DNA from: Octopus vulgaris
Taxonomy: Eukaryota
Assembly (NCBI GenBank): GCA_951406725.2
Contig: OX597817.1
Span: 6,634,001 to 6,698,000 of the forward strand
Reading direction: 5' to 3'
DNA length: 64,000 bases
Position 1 is the stretch's first letter; every line of letters starts with the position of its first letter. The notes beneath the pieces are model-generated. The model did no database searches and was not told the DNA's origin. It worked only from the letters and a program-made list of their open reading frames with translations. The position numbers were made by a program, and so were the translations under genes. Shown in pieces: positions 30,230 through 44,619 of this stretch.

Positions 30230-31955
30230 GGTACAACGTACGTAGCCTGACAGAGAAAGAAATAACAGAACGATATAAGATTGAACTGAGGAATATCTTC
30301 AGTGCATTTTCACAATTTCCAGAGATCACCAGAACACACTCTAGAAAAGCGAGCAACCGCAGCCGTCCAATCAATGACAAGAGTGGAAACATTACCCCAG
30401 GCGAAGAAGAACAGAGAGCACGATGGGAAGAGCACTTTAAGCAAACACAAAACAGACCTGCACCATCATTCCTTCCAGACATCCCACAACCGACCGAGCT
30501 CCCAGACATCAACGTCAACCCAACCAAGACTGAGATCACCAAAGCCATCAAGTCCCTTAAGTCGAGAAAGGCAGCAGGTCCCGATGTGATACCACCTGAA
30601 GCATTGATGCTGCACCCTCTTTGAAGAAGATCTATGAACAGGAGAAAGTTCCAGAAGACTGGAATAAAGGACACCTGGCTTAAGCTGCCTCAGAAACGGG
30701 ACCTGTCATCCTGAAATAACTGGAGGAGACTCATGCTGCTATCCATCCCAGGGAAGGTAGTAACGAAAATTATTTTCGAGAGATTGAAGACCGCCTTGAA
30801 CAAGACACTTCGCGATGAACAAGCAGGCTTCCGTCAAGAGAGATCCTGCACAGACAGGGTGGATTATCATCGAGCAGCCCCTAGAGTGGCAGACTTCCCT
30901 ATACACAGTCTGTTTCGACTTTCTGAAGACCTTTGATAGCGTCAACAGAGATGTCATCTGGAGACTTATGTACCATTGCGGCTTCCTACAAAAGTTCCTC
31001 ACCGTCATACAACAGCTATATGAAGATGCCACCTGTCGAGTCATCCACAGCGGGAACTGGCGGAACCTTTCAATGTGCATCTTCTTGATGGTGGTTGACT
31101 GGATCATGAGAAAAGCCACAGCAAGCAAGAGGACAGGCATCCGGCGGACCCTCGATAAACAGTTGGAAGACCTAGACTACGCGGACGATATCAGTCTTCT
31201 CCACCACAAGCAGCAACATGCATAGGAGAAGCTATGTCGTGTTACAGAAGATGCGGAAGGGCTGGCCTCCAGTTCAACATTAAGAAGACAGAGGCCATGA
31301 GAGGGAACAACAGACAGCAAGATCCAGTGCGACTACATCAGGTGGATATCAAGGATGTCGACAGTTTCGTTTACCTGAGCAGCGTATTCAGCAAAGATGG
31401 CGAGAGATATGAAGACATTAAATGCCGAATAAATAAATCCTGTCACGCCTTCAACACTTTGCGACTAATCTGGAGATCAACAACCATCTCACTCCACATC
31501 AAGATCCGGATCTTCAAAACAAATTTTGTGTCAGTTCTACTTTATGGCTCAGAAGCATGCAGAGTGACCAAGGTTAACATCCGCAAGCCCCAGACGTTCA
31601 CTAACAGATGTCTTAGAAACATGCTTAAAATCAAGTGACCAGCGGCCGTCCCCAGTGAACAACTATGGGACTGGACAAAACAAGCCCCAATCGAGACAGA
31701 TATCAAGAAACGAAAATTCGACTGGATATGCCACACGCTACGAAAGCCTGCACGAAACGTCACCAAGCAGGCCCTTCACTGGAACCCACAGAAGAAACGA
31801 AAAGTGAGCCGACCAAAACAGTCTTGGTGCGAGAGTGTGGACGCAGAGGTGAGGACAACCGGAATGACATGACCCGAGCTGAAGAGGATACCCCAGAACT
31901 GCGTCCGTTGGAAAAATATTGTTACGGCCCCATGTTTCCAAAGAGCCCTAAGGAA
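29250..31955 (+). mobile_element. Degenerate near-full-length RTE-clade LINE (APE endonuclease + RT) with internal deletions
   Basis: RTE-type 5' UTR; ILGVCETR, HGVALML, WEPVSPRIM, DLNAKVG (APE); KAAGPD, LLSIPGKV, DEQAGFRQERSCTD, DFLKTFDSV, LDYADDI, VLLYGSEA (RT). Confidence 0.92.
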
Positions 31956-32863
31956 GGCAATTATTACAACAACATTTCCCAACCTAATATATTTTACCTT
32001 TCTCCTACTTCATTGTGAAACACCTTTGGTCGTTACATTCGTCTTTTCATATTACATTCTAGTTTACTAGCACGTGAACACTATGATCAACCTAAATAAA
32101 ATATCGACACGTCTGCATCAATTATTATTTGGAATCTGCCGAAAACACTGTACTTTCTGGAGTATATATACACTGTACTTTAATAATTGAGTATATAATA
32201 GTTATATTTCTATCCCTTTATAATTGACGACATTGTGACTAATTTATCTACTGTGTAGAAATTTCTCCCGCATTCATTCTTGAACTTATATGTAGAGGCA
32301 CTATTTCATGAATAAAAAATATTTCTCTGGTGGAGAATATATGTATTAACATATATCATTATGTTTATGTTATTATACATTATTATGTTATATTATTATA
32401 TCAACAAATATAACATATATTTTGTGTTACGTATTTTAATATGTATTTCTTTACATGTATACAGACAAGGGATGAACTGTACAGGTGTTTGATCAGCTAT
32501 GAATATCATACAATTCCCATTCAGTTTACACTCGACTTTATTACCAACAGAAGGACGTATCGATTAACGTATTTCCTATTCGAAAATAAAATTGTGAGAA
32601 TCAATCACATGAAATGATTTTGAAATCAGCTACGTAACATATATACCTCGTGATTTTTGATTTAGCTACGTAATATATACCTCGTGTTGTACGGGATTCG
32701 GAAATTCTTTTTCCTATGTGATTCGATACTTGCATCTGACGTATATTAGTAATTAATAGCAGAAACGGCATGTACAAGAAAAACATGAACGTGGAAGATA
32801 AAATATACTTATGTAAACATGTGAAAACTTGTAAACAGCTTTGTACGAGTGTATGTGTATACG

Positions 32864-32923
<60 letters not shown>

Positions 32924-32953
32924 CATGTATATATACATATATACACATTCTTA

Positions 32954-33095
32954 TGTGTATATATGTATATATACATATATAGGTAGGTTTATGTATATAT
33001 ATATATACATGTATATAAATATATATATATATTTATATACATGTATATATATATACATAAACCTACCTATATATGTATATATACATATATACACA
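32954..33095. repeat. ~140-bp near-perfect palindrome centred on (TA)n
   Basis: aggtaggtttatg (32981) mirrored by cataaacctacct (ending 33068), with symmetric flanks. Confidence 0.9.
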
Positions 33096-34344
33096 TTCTT
33101 ATGTACATATATGTCTTACATATAGTTATGTGCGCCTGTGTGTGTGCGCGCGCATACGTATGTATGCATACCTGAACACATAAATAAGAAAACCGTTATA
33201 CACACGCACACACACAATAATAGGGGATATAGAATATCATGTCTCATTAGTATGTACTTCAGGAAACAAATCATCTTATTAGCTTCTTACATTGTTATAA
33301 CTCGAGAAATGCTAATCTGCTCCGAAAATATTGTATACACCTATTTCTTCTTTCAAATTTGCGAACAATAAACACATTTTTCCATTGTAACAATCTCATG
33401 TAATTCTGCTGCAGGTGATATATAGTAATGCTTAACCTAATTAGAGGTAAACATTTCTTGCTACTCCATCTTATGACGCTTGTTCCTTGTTATATTGTCG
33501 TAGAAAATCATGCTACTCTCTCAAACATATTCGGTTCCATACATCTTAGAATCAATCTGGTGTGCAACAAAGAATCAATGCATTTTTTTCGTTTGAATCA
33601 AGACAGTTCATGGAATTTGTGAAAATACAGTGACATAACTGATGCATATATTTAGGTTTACGTATGGATATACTTGCACGTATGCTTATGTTTATATATG
33701 TCTTTGCTACAGGTGTATGTGTCATGCCCCCAAACTCTTGTTTTGTACATGGTGATCTACAAAAAAAAAAAAAAAAAAAAATACAGAATTTTTGAAACTG
33801 TTTTACAAATCATCGTTCTACCACTAACTTAATTTGAAATACACGTGTCTATGCTGGTAAACCTCAAAAATTGCTGGTTGCAATGCATAGTTGCTATTTC
33901 ATAGCACAGTCCAATTATCATGTTAGGTACGAACGAGAATCTATACTCCTACAAAAGTTCACATGAAAGGTGATATCCCCACCGACGTTGACTTTTACAA
34001 ATTTGCATGACAATTGTGTCCTTTGACATAAAATAAATTGTGTTGTATCTGCTATAAGCTGCCGATTTTATGCGAATGTTTCACCAATATATATTTTTAA
34101 TGAGGTGTTTACATTCTAGACCTGATGCATATTGTGCATGATCGTGGAGATACACCTACCTCCGAAGAGCACGGTGACAATTTTCCGAAATACTGAGATC
34201 TGTCTAGGGTAACTAATACAGATAATAAAGGAACACATAAAATCGGATTCATTAGCTTTCCTTCTCCTAAATATATTCTAGACAAGTAAGCACACACTCC
34301 TACATACATACATGCACGTCCGTATGCTTCTGTCTGTTTATATA

Positions 34345-34570
34345 TATATAAAGTTAATCCAAACAAGAAAGCACAAAAAAACACAACAACGCGAGGGCGC
34401 GGAACAAATATAGTATTATTGGACGCTCAGGAAAAAAGGAAAGAAGGAGGGTTTAATGTTTCGAGCGCAGCTCTTCGTCGGAAACATAGGAGAAGGAAAG
34501 ATCCAGAGAAGGGAAGACAGAAGAAAAAAAATCGTCAACGGTACACACGAGGTCACATTTTGAAATATAT
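34345..34570 (-). mobile_element. (TA)n-flanked pLTR-like unit with hammerhead variant (34451-34485)
   Basis: gttt-CCGACGAA-gagc-tgc-gctc-GAAACATT-aaac on the minus strand. Confidence 0.6.
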
Positions 34571-34647
34571 ATATATATATAACAATTTTTGCGTAACGAA
34601 ATAAAAAGCCAAGGCTGTATAGATATTAGAACTTTATAGATAGGTCT

Positions 34648-34739
<92 letters not shown>

Positions 34740-35285
34740 TATATATATATATATATATATATACGTATGTTTGAGCATATGTTTTTGTCTGTGCATGTAT
34801 GTATATACAGATATGTGTGCAGCTGTTTCTCTCTGTTTATACGTGTATACAGGCATGTGTGTGTTTAAAGAGACAGGCAGAGAGAGAGGGAGAGAGAGAG
34901 AGAGGGATAGACAGATAGTCAGAGGTACAGACATACTGATTGATTGATAAGTGCACAAACAATCGCAAATTATTTCAATAGATCTATAGAGAGAAAATAT
35001 GTAAGAATGCTACATATTGATAAGTTAACATTTACTTCTACCTTACAAATCTCCTTGTCCATCCTCGCCATCCGTGAGGACGATTTAATAACTTCCTTTT
35101 CTTGTTTTTATATCACTAGAAAAATGTCACCATGAGATAAAAACTACTGGTTGTCACTGTGAAGAACTGAAACTTCTACTTCCTACATTATGTGTGTAAA
35201 CAAGCACACGTACACGCACACACATGCACATGTACGTACACATTAACAGGCTCATATACCTACATAATATACACAGAGATATATA

Positions 35286-35480
35286 TGCGAGGGAGTATCG
35301 CGAAAGGCCTGGCTAGAGGCCAAACATTCCCAGATCTTTTACAGGCTTAGAAAAACTGGGGGACCGTTGTAACAAGTGGATGATTCTGAGGTGGGAAATA
35401 TGTTGAATAAAATCATAATTAACTGATCATCCAGTATTTTCTTTTAAGGAAAGCCAGAAACTTTACGGCAACCACTCGTA
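35286..35480 (+). mobile_element. Mariner-derived MITE (copy 2)
   Basis: tgcgaggg...cactcgta ends; atatgttgaataaaatca and gtatcgcgaaaggcc shared with 11036-11275. Confidence 0.75.
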
Positions 35481-35543
35481 CGTACGTATAGTGTATGACT
35501 GTCAGTTTGTATGCACTTGATTTTTTATAATTCTGTGTCTATA

Positions 35544-36369
35544 CAGGGTGCGGATGGTATTTGAGCGCAAATACATTTTTGGTCATTATTTTATTTCACT
35601 AATTTTTATTGGAAATTCTATTTCAGAAAATAACAATGACAAGCCCTATGCTTACTAATGAAATGAAAAGGCATGCTGCGATTGTGGCTTTGAAGGTTAA
35701 GCAAGTTGATTTAGAAATTTCTCGTTTTCTGAAAGTTGCAAGATCTTTTGTCTACAAGATTCAGAGTGAGTTAGAGAAAGAAAAAGGAAGCGTATTAAGT
35801 GTACCAAAGCGTAATAAAAAACATCCGATCAAGACACCTGAATTTATTCAAAACTTTGAAGACATTGAAGTTCTGAATAAAGTTGTTAAGCCTCAGATCA
35901 ACAGTGTATGGAATGAAAGGCCTTATGTCTTTCAACAAGATTCTGCAACGTCACACAAGCCTCAAATGACACAAGAATAGATGACCGACAGTTTGCATGA
36001 TGACATCATCCCCAACGTTTTACCTCCTAACTCTACAGATCTCGATCCACTGCCTACTCGCTATGGAGCGTCGTTGAGAAAAATATCATTGAATTCCTCC
36101 ATAGTACCAAAGGTTCTTTGAAAGCCGCCATAGTTCGAGTCATGTCCGATATGAACAAGGACCACCTAATCTGAGCTTGTAAATGCTATCCAGTCCGCTT
36201 AGAAGCAGTTAATGATGCTTATAGTGGTTTTATTGAATGAAATTATTAAATGAATAATTTAGCTCTATGTTTATGTTATTTTTATGAAAATACACCTTGT
36301 TTTTCTTTGTTATTGTATAAGCGCTTTTTCAAAACTATAAATCTCTCCTCAAATACCGTCCGCACACTT
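35544..36369 (+). mobile_element. Internally deleted Tc1/mariner element of maT (DD37D) type
   Basis: TA-flanked TIRs cagggtgcggatggtatttgag / ctcaaataccgtccgcacactt. YVFQQDSATSHK...PPNSTDLDPL has 37 residues after the second Asp; the third Asp codon is disrupted. Confidence 0.88.
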
Positions 36370-37582
36370 TATTTGTGTGTGGGTGCATGCGTGTAAGTAT
36401 ACAGGTATGTAAGTAAGGTTATATACAAATACATACACTTATACACAGACTCACTCAGACAAACATACTTTCTGCTCGCCATTTCGTAATGGTCACGAAA
36501 TGTGTTGACTTCGGAGTCGACGGTCAACAGTTTATTCTTCAGGTAATTCATTCACGAAGTGGTTTCCGTGTCGGAGGCAGCCAATTGGTAGTGAGTGAGC
36601 AGTTTGCTTGAAACAAGACATGACGAATTATACGATTTTTGTATCCTCGTCGGATGTAATCGATTTGATCTGGATGAGCGGGTTTTTAATTAATGGAGTC
36701 ACCAGTTTATGGAGATGAAGGTTTCGTCGAGTTGATGTATATTTTTAGCTCACATTCATCTGCCGGATTAAACGTTATGAATGGTACTCTAATGTGGCCG
36801 ATAAATAAATGTTAGAGCTGCCAAATGTAACTGGATTAAACTGAACACATCAATGCAAACTCAACACATCAAAGCACAATACATACCTCTACTTAGATGT
36901 CTTCTCTATAAGCATCTTTCGTAGTGAAGTTTATGTTTTCATCAATAGAAACGGTATTATTGGAAGATTTGTAGATGACTTAGCTGCTATCTCTACTAGG
37001 TTCAAGAACCAGAAAATTGCACATACTTTTACGAATATGTGAGTACATAAGTAATATTTGTGACAGACGATTTTTTATTAATGATTTGGTGACAATAATT
37101 TGATATGCACTATATATTTCATTGAAATAGCTTAGCGAAACCTTCCTCACATATAAATAAATTGTAAATGATGAGTTTCAGGAAATTATTTTCATTGAGG
37201 ATATGGAATGTTTTCATGATTTTCTTGGAAATTTCAATTGTTGCATAACAAAAGAATATTTAAGAGGAAAATAATAGGTTTTCCTTAAACAGCAGAAGTA
37301 AATGTTTGTCTGGCTGCATATTTTGCAAAACTGTTGAACCACTCCAAACATGAATTTTTAAGTGGTGGAAGAAACAGCATTCAATAAATCGAAATACGTT
37401 TACAGCAGAAGTATTTTCCACTCAGAAGATTTTCTAAATATATAACTATTTTTATTACCTTTCTCTTACATCTTCCAGTGCCCACCTTTAATTTTTTCCT
37501 TTCATCACTCAGTTTCTTTTGTAGTATTTGAGAAGGAATTATTCATAACATTTTTCACGGTGGCGTGTAATGCAAAAATATA

Positions 37583-38468
37583 CAGGGTGTCTTAAAAATT
37601 TGATATCATTTCACAATCTCATAACTTTGACAATTCTTGTTCAAATGACTTCAACTTTTAACAGCCTGTGTAGAAATAGGTGAAAGTTTTATGTTTAATG
37701 CTTGATATATTTATCTTTTCAGGTATAGAAATGGTATTCACTGGAAGAGAAAAGGCGTTTTGTGTGACGGAGTATGCTAGAACACAGTCGAATAAGACTG
37801 CGCAGCGTGCATGTGACAGTTCTCTAAAAGGTCACCAATGGCAATGAAGATTTGGTCATAGCACAAAACATTCAAAGTGGAAGGCTGACTGTGTAGAGCA
37901 AAAGGATCTGGACGACCACTAACAGTGGAAGAGACGGTCGTGCAGGTTCGCCAAAAGCTCATGCGAAGCCCCTAGATGTCCATAAGAAGAACAAGTCTGG
38001 ACAACCAGATCCCTCCAACGACAATTTCGCGTGTCCTGGGAAAATATTCGCTAATGAAGCCCTACAAGCTGCTACTCGTTCAGGCCATAACAGCAGATGA
38101 CAAGCGAAAGTAAAAACACATAGGGCTATGTGAAGGGTCTGGTCAGTGTACACACTCTTCCTACTAATCTGGAGGAACTCGAGCGGAGAATCACTACCGC
38201 ACTGGAGACTGTTACCCAAGACATGCTGCAACATGTTATGTTTGGGAGAGGCTGGACTACAGACTTGACGTTTGCCTCAGGCAGTGCGCATATTGAACAT
38301 TTGTGAAATCATTGATGGAATCCACATACCTTTGAATTTCTCATTCAAATTTGAAAGAATAAATCCTATGTTGCCCAACATTAAGCCTGTTTAGTTTCAT
38401 TTGCTTTGACTATGTAGTTTCTGTGACATTTACATCTCAATGGATATCGAATTTTTTGCAACACCTAC
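37583..38468 (+). mobile_element. Internally deleted Tc1/mariner-superfamily element
   Basis: ta-cagggtgtcttaaaaatttgatatc and a decayed inverted copy at ~38443-38468. N-terminal MVFTGREKAFCVTEYARTQS; C-terminal GYVKGLV...PTNLEELERRITTALETVTQDMLQ...AHIEHL*. Confidence 0.85.
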
Positions 38469-40884
38469 ATTAAACAAAAAATAAATGCACATCATAATAT
38501 TACATATGCTGCATATGTGAATGAAATAAAAATCAATGTAGTTTTCCATAAATTTCGTTTCTCAGTATGGGGAATTCGTAGAGCTCATGGGACAGAATGT
38601 TACGGACTATATATTCCAACAATGTTACAGAGCAAGCTGAATCCTTTCTGCATCGAGCAAAACGCTTAATGACATCCCATGAGGCTTGTCACATTCAGAA
38701 TTTAAATACGCAACAGATCTATATGACATTTCGTCCTTTCAGTGTCGATTAAAATACAATGCCTACCATGTACTGGGATCGATAATATCGACACGATCCT
38801 CTCTTAAAAATTGCATGCTATATGACAAAGTAGAAAGAATTTTTTGGTTCGAGCCTCTATACTCGGTGGCCAAATTTTAGGCTTTTTCATAATATCGGAG
38901 TCGATGAGAATATACCATAAAAAAAGAAAAAAATGTGGATCTGCAAAATTAATAAACCATAAACCTTACGGTATTGTTGCGCTTCTTCAGTTTCTTAATT
39001 CGAATCCCACCATGGGATAATTGGTAGCCCGAATCCGTCGCATTTTGGGTGGTTAGGTGATGAATTTTTCGGTCTCTTCTAATAACATACATACATACAT
39101 ACATACACACACACACATACACACACACACACACATATATATATGTATGGTATGTATGTATGTATGTATGTATGTATGCATGTATGTATGTATGTGTGTA
39201 TGTATGTATGTGTGTATGTATGTATTGCTTGGAAAATTTTTGAACTCAGGTTTGTTTGTATGTAAAGGATGCACTGTTAGGAATTATTTTAAAATAGACG
39301 GTTTACCTAAAACTAAATAGATAAGCAGAATATAGAGATTGAAAACAGTCAGTCCACTAAATAATAGATATAGCAAGAAAAATGTCATGAGAGACACCTT
39401 CCATTTCTCGGGATGTATTAAGGTCACAATTAAAATAGATGCGTTTCGGGTATTATGATGCCGGATATAAACACGGTTGTAGATTTGGAAGAATCATAAC
39501 GAATATAGTACATGCTTTGCTAGCATGCGATTCTGCCTGATTTACAAAAAGGCAAAATAATTAAATGATTGAAGTATCAAATAGCGTCCATAAGAAAAGT
39601 CATATTTGAAATAACCTTCTCATGAAGAGGAATCAAGCAGTAATTTCATCGACATGAGAGATAATATCACAAAATTTAGTATCCGTTCTAGGAACTAAAT
39701 AGTAATAGGTGTATACGTAAAAACAATTAGGATGGGACCAGTTCATAATTATACACATTCACAACAACGTTACTAATTTTTATATTGATAGAACTCCTAA
39801 TGTTTAACTTCTACAAGAGTAACGGATAAAAAGATATTCAATTTTCCAAGAAGGAATTTGAAATCTGTATGAAGCAACATAGTATGGATTTAGGTATGGA
39901 AAGCAACACATATAACGATGTAAAGTTAATTAAGAAACTGCCAAAGATCCCGGATTACGTTGTATACGGATTCAACGTGTTTTTGCCAGCATGTAGCCAC
40001 ATGCAAAACCTAACTCAATTTTCTCAGACGATATTCGTGACTTTCAATTGCTTTCAGAAAATGCACGAAACTGTGGAACATTATCTGGTGATATGGTATT
40101 TCTCATTCCTGATAGCTAACAATGATATCATTTGCATAATCAGACATGGCGTTTACGCGTTCCAGTCGGAGTTGAAAACACTTATTGTATCTACTTTACA
40201 CTATGTAGAATTGAGAATCCATGAATAAAGAATGCTGTACAAATTTCTTTTGTTTCTCTTTTATGTACTGTCACTATTCATATTTCATTTATTTCCTGAT
40301 AATGGTTAACTCAAAAGCGTATCATCATATGAAGCTATACATGTTTGCGACTTGCCATTTTTCACCTATACGTTTAATGTCTTAGAATATAGACAGCTAA
40401 TGCACGAAAGCGTTACAAAGTACCATCGTCATTTTAATAGCATATATATACTTACGCCAATGTCTAAGCGATAATTCATTTACTATCAATCTATCTATAA
40501 GTGTATATTCATAAGAGAGAATGAAAGTGAGTTTACAGATACAAGTACAAGTGACTTAAGAAAACAGCTGAAGTTAATCGTTTTACAAAAGTATAAAGTG
40601 CCAAATTTCAAACATAAAAGGTTAATTTAACTGTTCTTCTTAAAATTTAGTTTGGGTGTAAATGGGCTTATTGAGCAGCTATCAATCGGTCGTTGTTAGA
40701 AACGACATGCTTCGTAATGATGATGAGGAGGAGGAAGGTAAAGGTTTATGAAATATTTGAGGCAAAATCAAATTCGTTTCCAAGTATTCTTCATACATAC
40801 ATACATACATACATACATACATACATACATACATACATACATACATACATACATACATACATACATACATACATACATACATGG

Positions 40885-41566
40885 TGACTGTTCCATCTTC
40901 ACAGATGATTGTTGTCTCTGTTTATGCTTCCCCGATGTTAACGACATTTCTAACTCTCTGTGCATAACCTCTCAGATGTCTATGAAGGTCGGCTGTAAAT
41001 TTCAAAGGCTGACCAAAATCTCAGATGGAATGTGACCAAAAGAGGTATACTTTGATCAAGTGTCAGATGTGGCCCCACCAAACAGAAACAGTCGTCATGG
41101 AAAGCTCATTGTGTAGATTATTCTCAACTCTCTCACGGGATATGCTGATAGATTTTGCTATTTGATTTATTGCCAATTGCTTATCACCAATCACTTTGTA
41201 GTGAAGACAATCCATGCATTCCTCGATGATGGCATTTGCAGGCCGTCCAGGTTTTGGATACTATTTAATAACTCTCCTTTCCGCTCCTAAATTAAGCTGC
41301 CCACTTTTTCACATTTCCTAATGTAGCAACCATGTCAGTATCAATGTCGTTGAGAGTTAAACTTTTTGTTGCAGGTATTTGATAACGACACGATGATAAA
41401 TTTTGTCCATACTCAAGAAAACGCGCTACTACATACTTTTAAAGTCATCTTTGAAGAGTCATAAATCTGTTTACCTGAAACGAAATAATACAATTATAAA
41501 TAAGAAATGCGGCAATTGCGGTAATCACGATTTCACGGTACCACCCTTTAAACTGTTCAGCCCACC

Positions 41567-41570
<4 letters not shown>
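40885..41570 (-). mobile_element. Mariner transposon 5' portion, decayed
   Basis: TIR tgagggtgggctgaacagtt; MDKIYHRVVIKYLQ...VKKWAA*FRSG...PGRP...IAKSISISRERVENNLHNELSM. Confidence 0.85.
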
Positions 41571-41620
<50 letters not shown>

Positions 41621-43824
41621 CATACGTGTATATGTGTATGTGTGAGGGGGCGCGCTATATTTTTATCGTTCAGAATTTGGCCGTTTCACATTCCACGGCA
41701 AATGCGTTCCATATTTAATAAAATCGTGCTGATTAAAGCATCTGCAATTTGTGCACCAAGATTTCTTGGAAAATGATTGAAAGATATTTTCATGCACTGA
41801 ACATAGAACTTGTATAAATTTCATATTTTTTAAAATCCACCAACAAGGAAACAAGCACACACACACATACACACTGATATATAGGTTCTCACTCTGTCTC
41901 TCCATTCCGCTACGCCGTTGTATATCAATATAAATGCATGTATAGTATGTATATTTGATGTATGCCTGTGTGTATGCAGAATATCAAGTCCAAGGCACAA
42001 TACTCCAATTCTTTGCTAATTAACGTATAAAAGAAAATAAAAACCCTGCAGAGAAAATCACTCAGTGGATGGAATGTAAAATTTCATATTCCCAAAGCGC
42101 AAACATGTTATTACATTTTCAACAATACGTTGAGATATAATTTCTGCAATTTAATTTTATGTCTTGTATGTACGTAGCGAAACCAACTCTGTCTACAAAA
42201 GTATTTGATAATAACATATCTCCTTTTTACCTCTTTCATCGTAATGAATTTTGAGCTAATCAGATCAATGTAAGATGATTGCTTTGATTCCGTTTGGCTG
42301 TAGTTAATTTTCCATTGGGAAATGATAATTACTGACTACTTGTATTGAGCGTGAAGCTCGTCAGATATTAACCGATGAAGGTCAGGTACCCATAGCCTTT
42401 GTTAAAGCATGTCATTGTACGAGACTTTTAAGTTGACACAAAATCAGATATGCAAGGAATAGTATTAAACATTCTGAAGATCGTTTGCTTGGGTTTAAGA
42501 CCATGGCGTTTTCACATTCCTGTAATTGAAACCCATATTGGTACTGGATATCTTAGCCTGGCTTTTTCTGGATCAATTCGGTGAGGTGGAGAGATTTTGT
42601 TAGGTTGTGGGCAAGCCTTATTGGACCTAAAGCATAAACACATAGATACACATATACGCATATATGTATGAGTGTATGTGCGTGTGTGTGTGTGCATGTG
42701 TGTGCACGTGTGTGTGCGTGTGTGTTTGTGCGTGTGGTGTGTATGCGTATATGATGTATATATAATATATATATCATATATACGTGTGTGTGTCTATGTG
42801 TGTGTATAAATATATATATGTAAGCATATGTAAATATATATGTGCATGCACATAAACACGTACATGCAGATATATGTGTGTTAGTGTTTGGTTTGTATGT
42901 ATGTGTGTGTGTGTGTGTGAGTATGGGCATATGTTCTTGAGTGCGTGTGTGTATGCATGATGCGATAATTTTACGAATTATGACCTGCTAGACAATACTG
43001 ACAAATATCTCCCATACTATACCCAATCAATTTAACACATGGGTGCACTGCTGCAGTATTACTTAGTGCAGTATTGTGCAATCAAATATAAAGCGAACAA
43101 TTTAAGATAAGTCTTTAAACTAAGAATATTTTATCAGCCTTCACCTGTTGCTTAAAAATCTGACTGCTTTTAAGTCCTCGACGGCTATAACATGTATTTA
43201 ATGAACGTCTTTACAAATCTTATATTGTTCAAGGTATAATTTCATTATCTTGAAGTCCTATTAGAAAATAAGATGTCAGGTTTAATAAATTCTCATATCT
43301 ACATATTGGAGAAAAGAATACAAGGAAGCCAAAATTTAATTTTGATTTTTATGTGTATACGTACTAATGAAAGTAATGCCGAAAACTACGTAAGCCAGTT
43401 ATAGGAAATGAAAGAGTTTCATCGATCCAATTTTATTCAGTAATATCACGACTTCAGTTTTTTTGAAGCATTTGTCATTGTTCGTCTGGAAACCACCAAT
43501 GTTCAATCGAAACAAAATGTAGACAATTCTCACGGGATGTGAAAAGAGTTTACGAATGAAAGTAAATAAGTCGGACCAAGGTGACTGGTGTAACAAGAAA
43601 AGAACATAGATGCAGAGTTTAAACTAAGAAATTGTTTTTGACATAAGACAAATAAGTAATGTGCGTTATTCTCTCTGTCTGTTTCTCTCTCCTCCGTCAC
43701 TGTCTGTCTGTCTCTCCCCCCTTCCCTGTCTCTGTCTGTCTCTCTCTCCCTCCGTCCCTTCCTCTCTCTTTCTCTCTCTTGCACTCTATAAACATCTAAG
43801 CTACAGAAAGAAAATCGCCTCAAT

Positions 43825-44310
43825 GCAACGTACCAGCTAATGGGAAAGACTGAAAGAATTACAATTCTTCTCCCTAGGACGAAGGGGGGAAAGATATTCA
43901 GTGATAAGCACCTGGGAAATACTGGAAGGCCTTATACCAAACTTTGACGTTAAAAGTTACACAAAAGAACGGGACTTCACTGCATAATGCCAAAGCTCCT
44001 AGCATCTCCATCAAAATACAGGACCATATAGTGCAAAAGTTTCAATTTCAACGGCCAACAGCTCTTCAGTATCCTTCCAAAATGCTTGAGAGACTTGCAT
44101 GGTGTGATTGTAGGTGTCTTCAAAACAAAACTAGATCACCTTCTGTCAAGGTTCCAGATGAGCTTACCTCACGGCAAGAAACATAGAAGTGGGCAGCGGC
44201 ATCAAAGATCCTCATTCACCAAATGCCACATATCAGAGGAGGTTTCAAGTAATGGTGTAGCACAGTAAAAGGTGGTGCCTCGGCATGACCGCAGCTTTAG
44301 AGCTGAAACA
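43825..44310 (+). mobile_element. 3' end of a CR1-group LINE
   Basis: WERLKELQFFSLGRR..ERYSVISTWEILEG; PQLFSILPKCLRDL; FKTKLDHLLS. Confidence 0.8.
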
Positions 44311-44341
44311 ATTTAAAGATTTATATATTTATATATGTTTA

Positions 44342-44418
<77 letters not shown>

Positions 44419-44619
44419 ATGTGTGTGTGTCTATATAGAAGGAAAAGATTCTGAAAACGCAAACGTTTATCAAAAGTATTTATTAACTTTACCGGTTTCA
44501 CTTACTTAAAAAGTGTTTCAAAACTAAAGTGTGAGGTTTTGTGCAATTAATTTTTTTTTATAATCATAAGAATTAGTTTACATGAATATGTCCCGATCAA
44601 GCAATAAAGTCTTGGACAA

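Noticed and set aside
32615-32700. ~34-bp tandem duplication plus a small hairpin resembling a Helitron 3' end
   Set aside because: The hairpin is imperfect, the CTAG terminus is not intact, and no other end was found.
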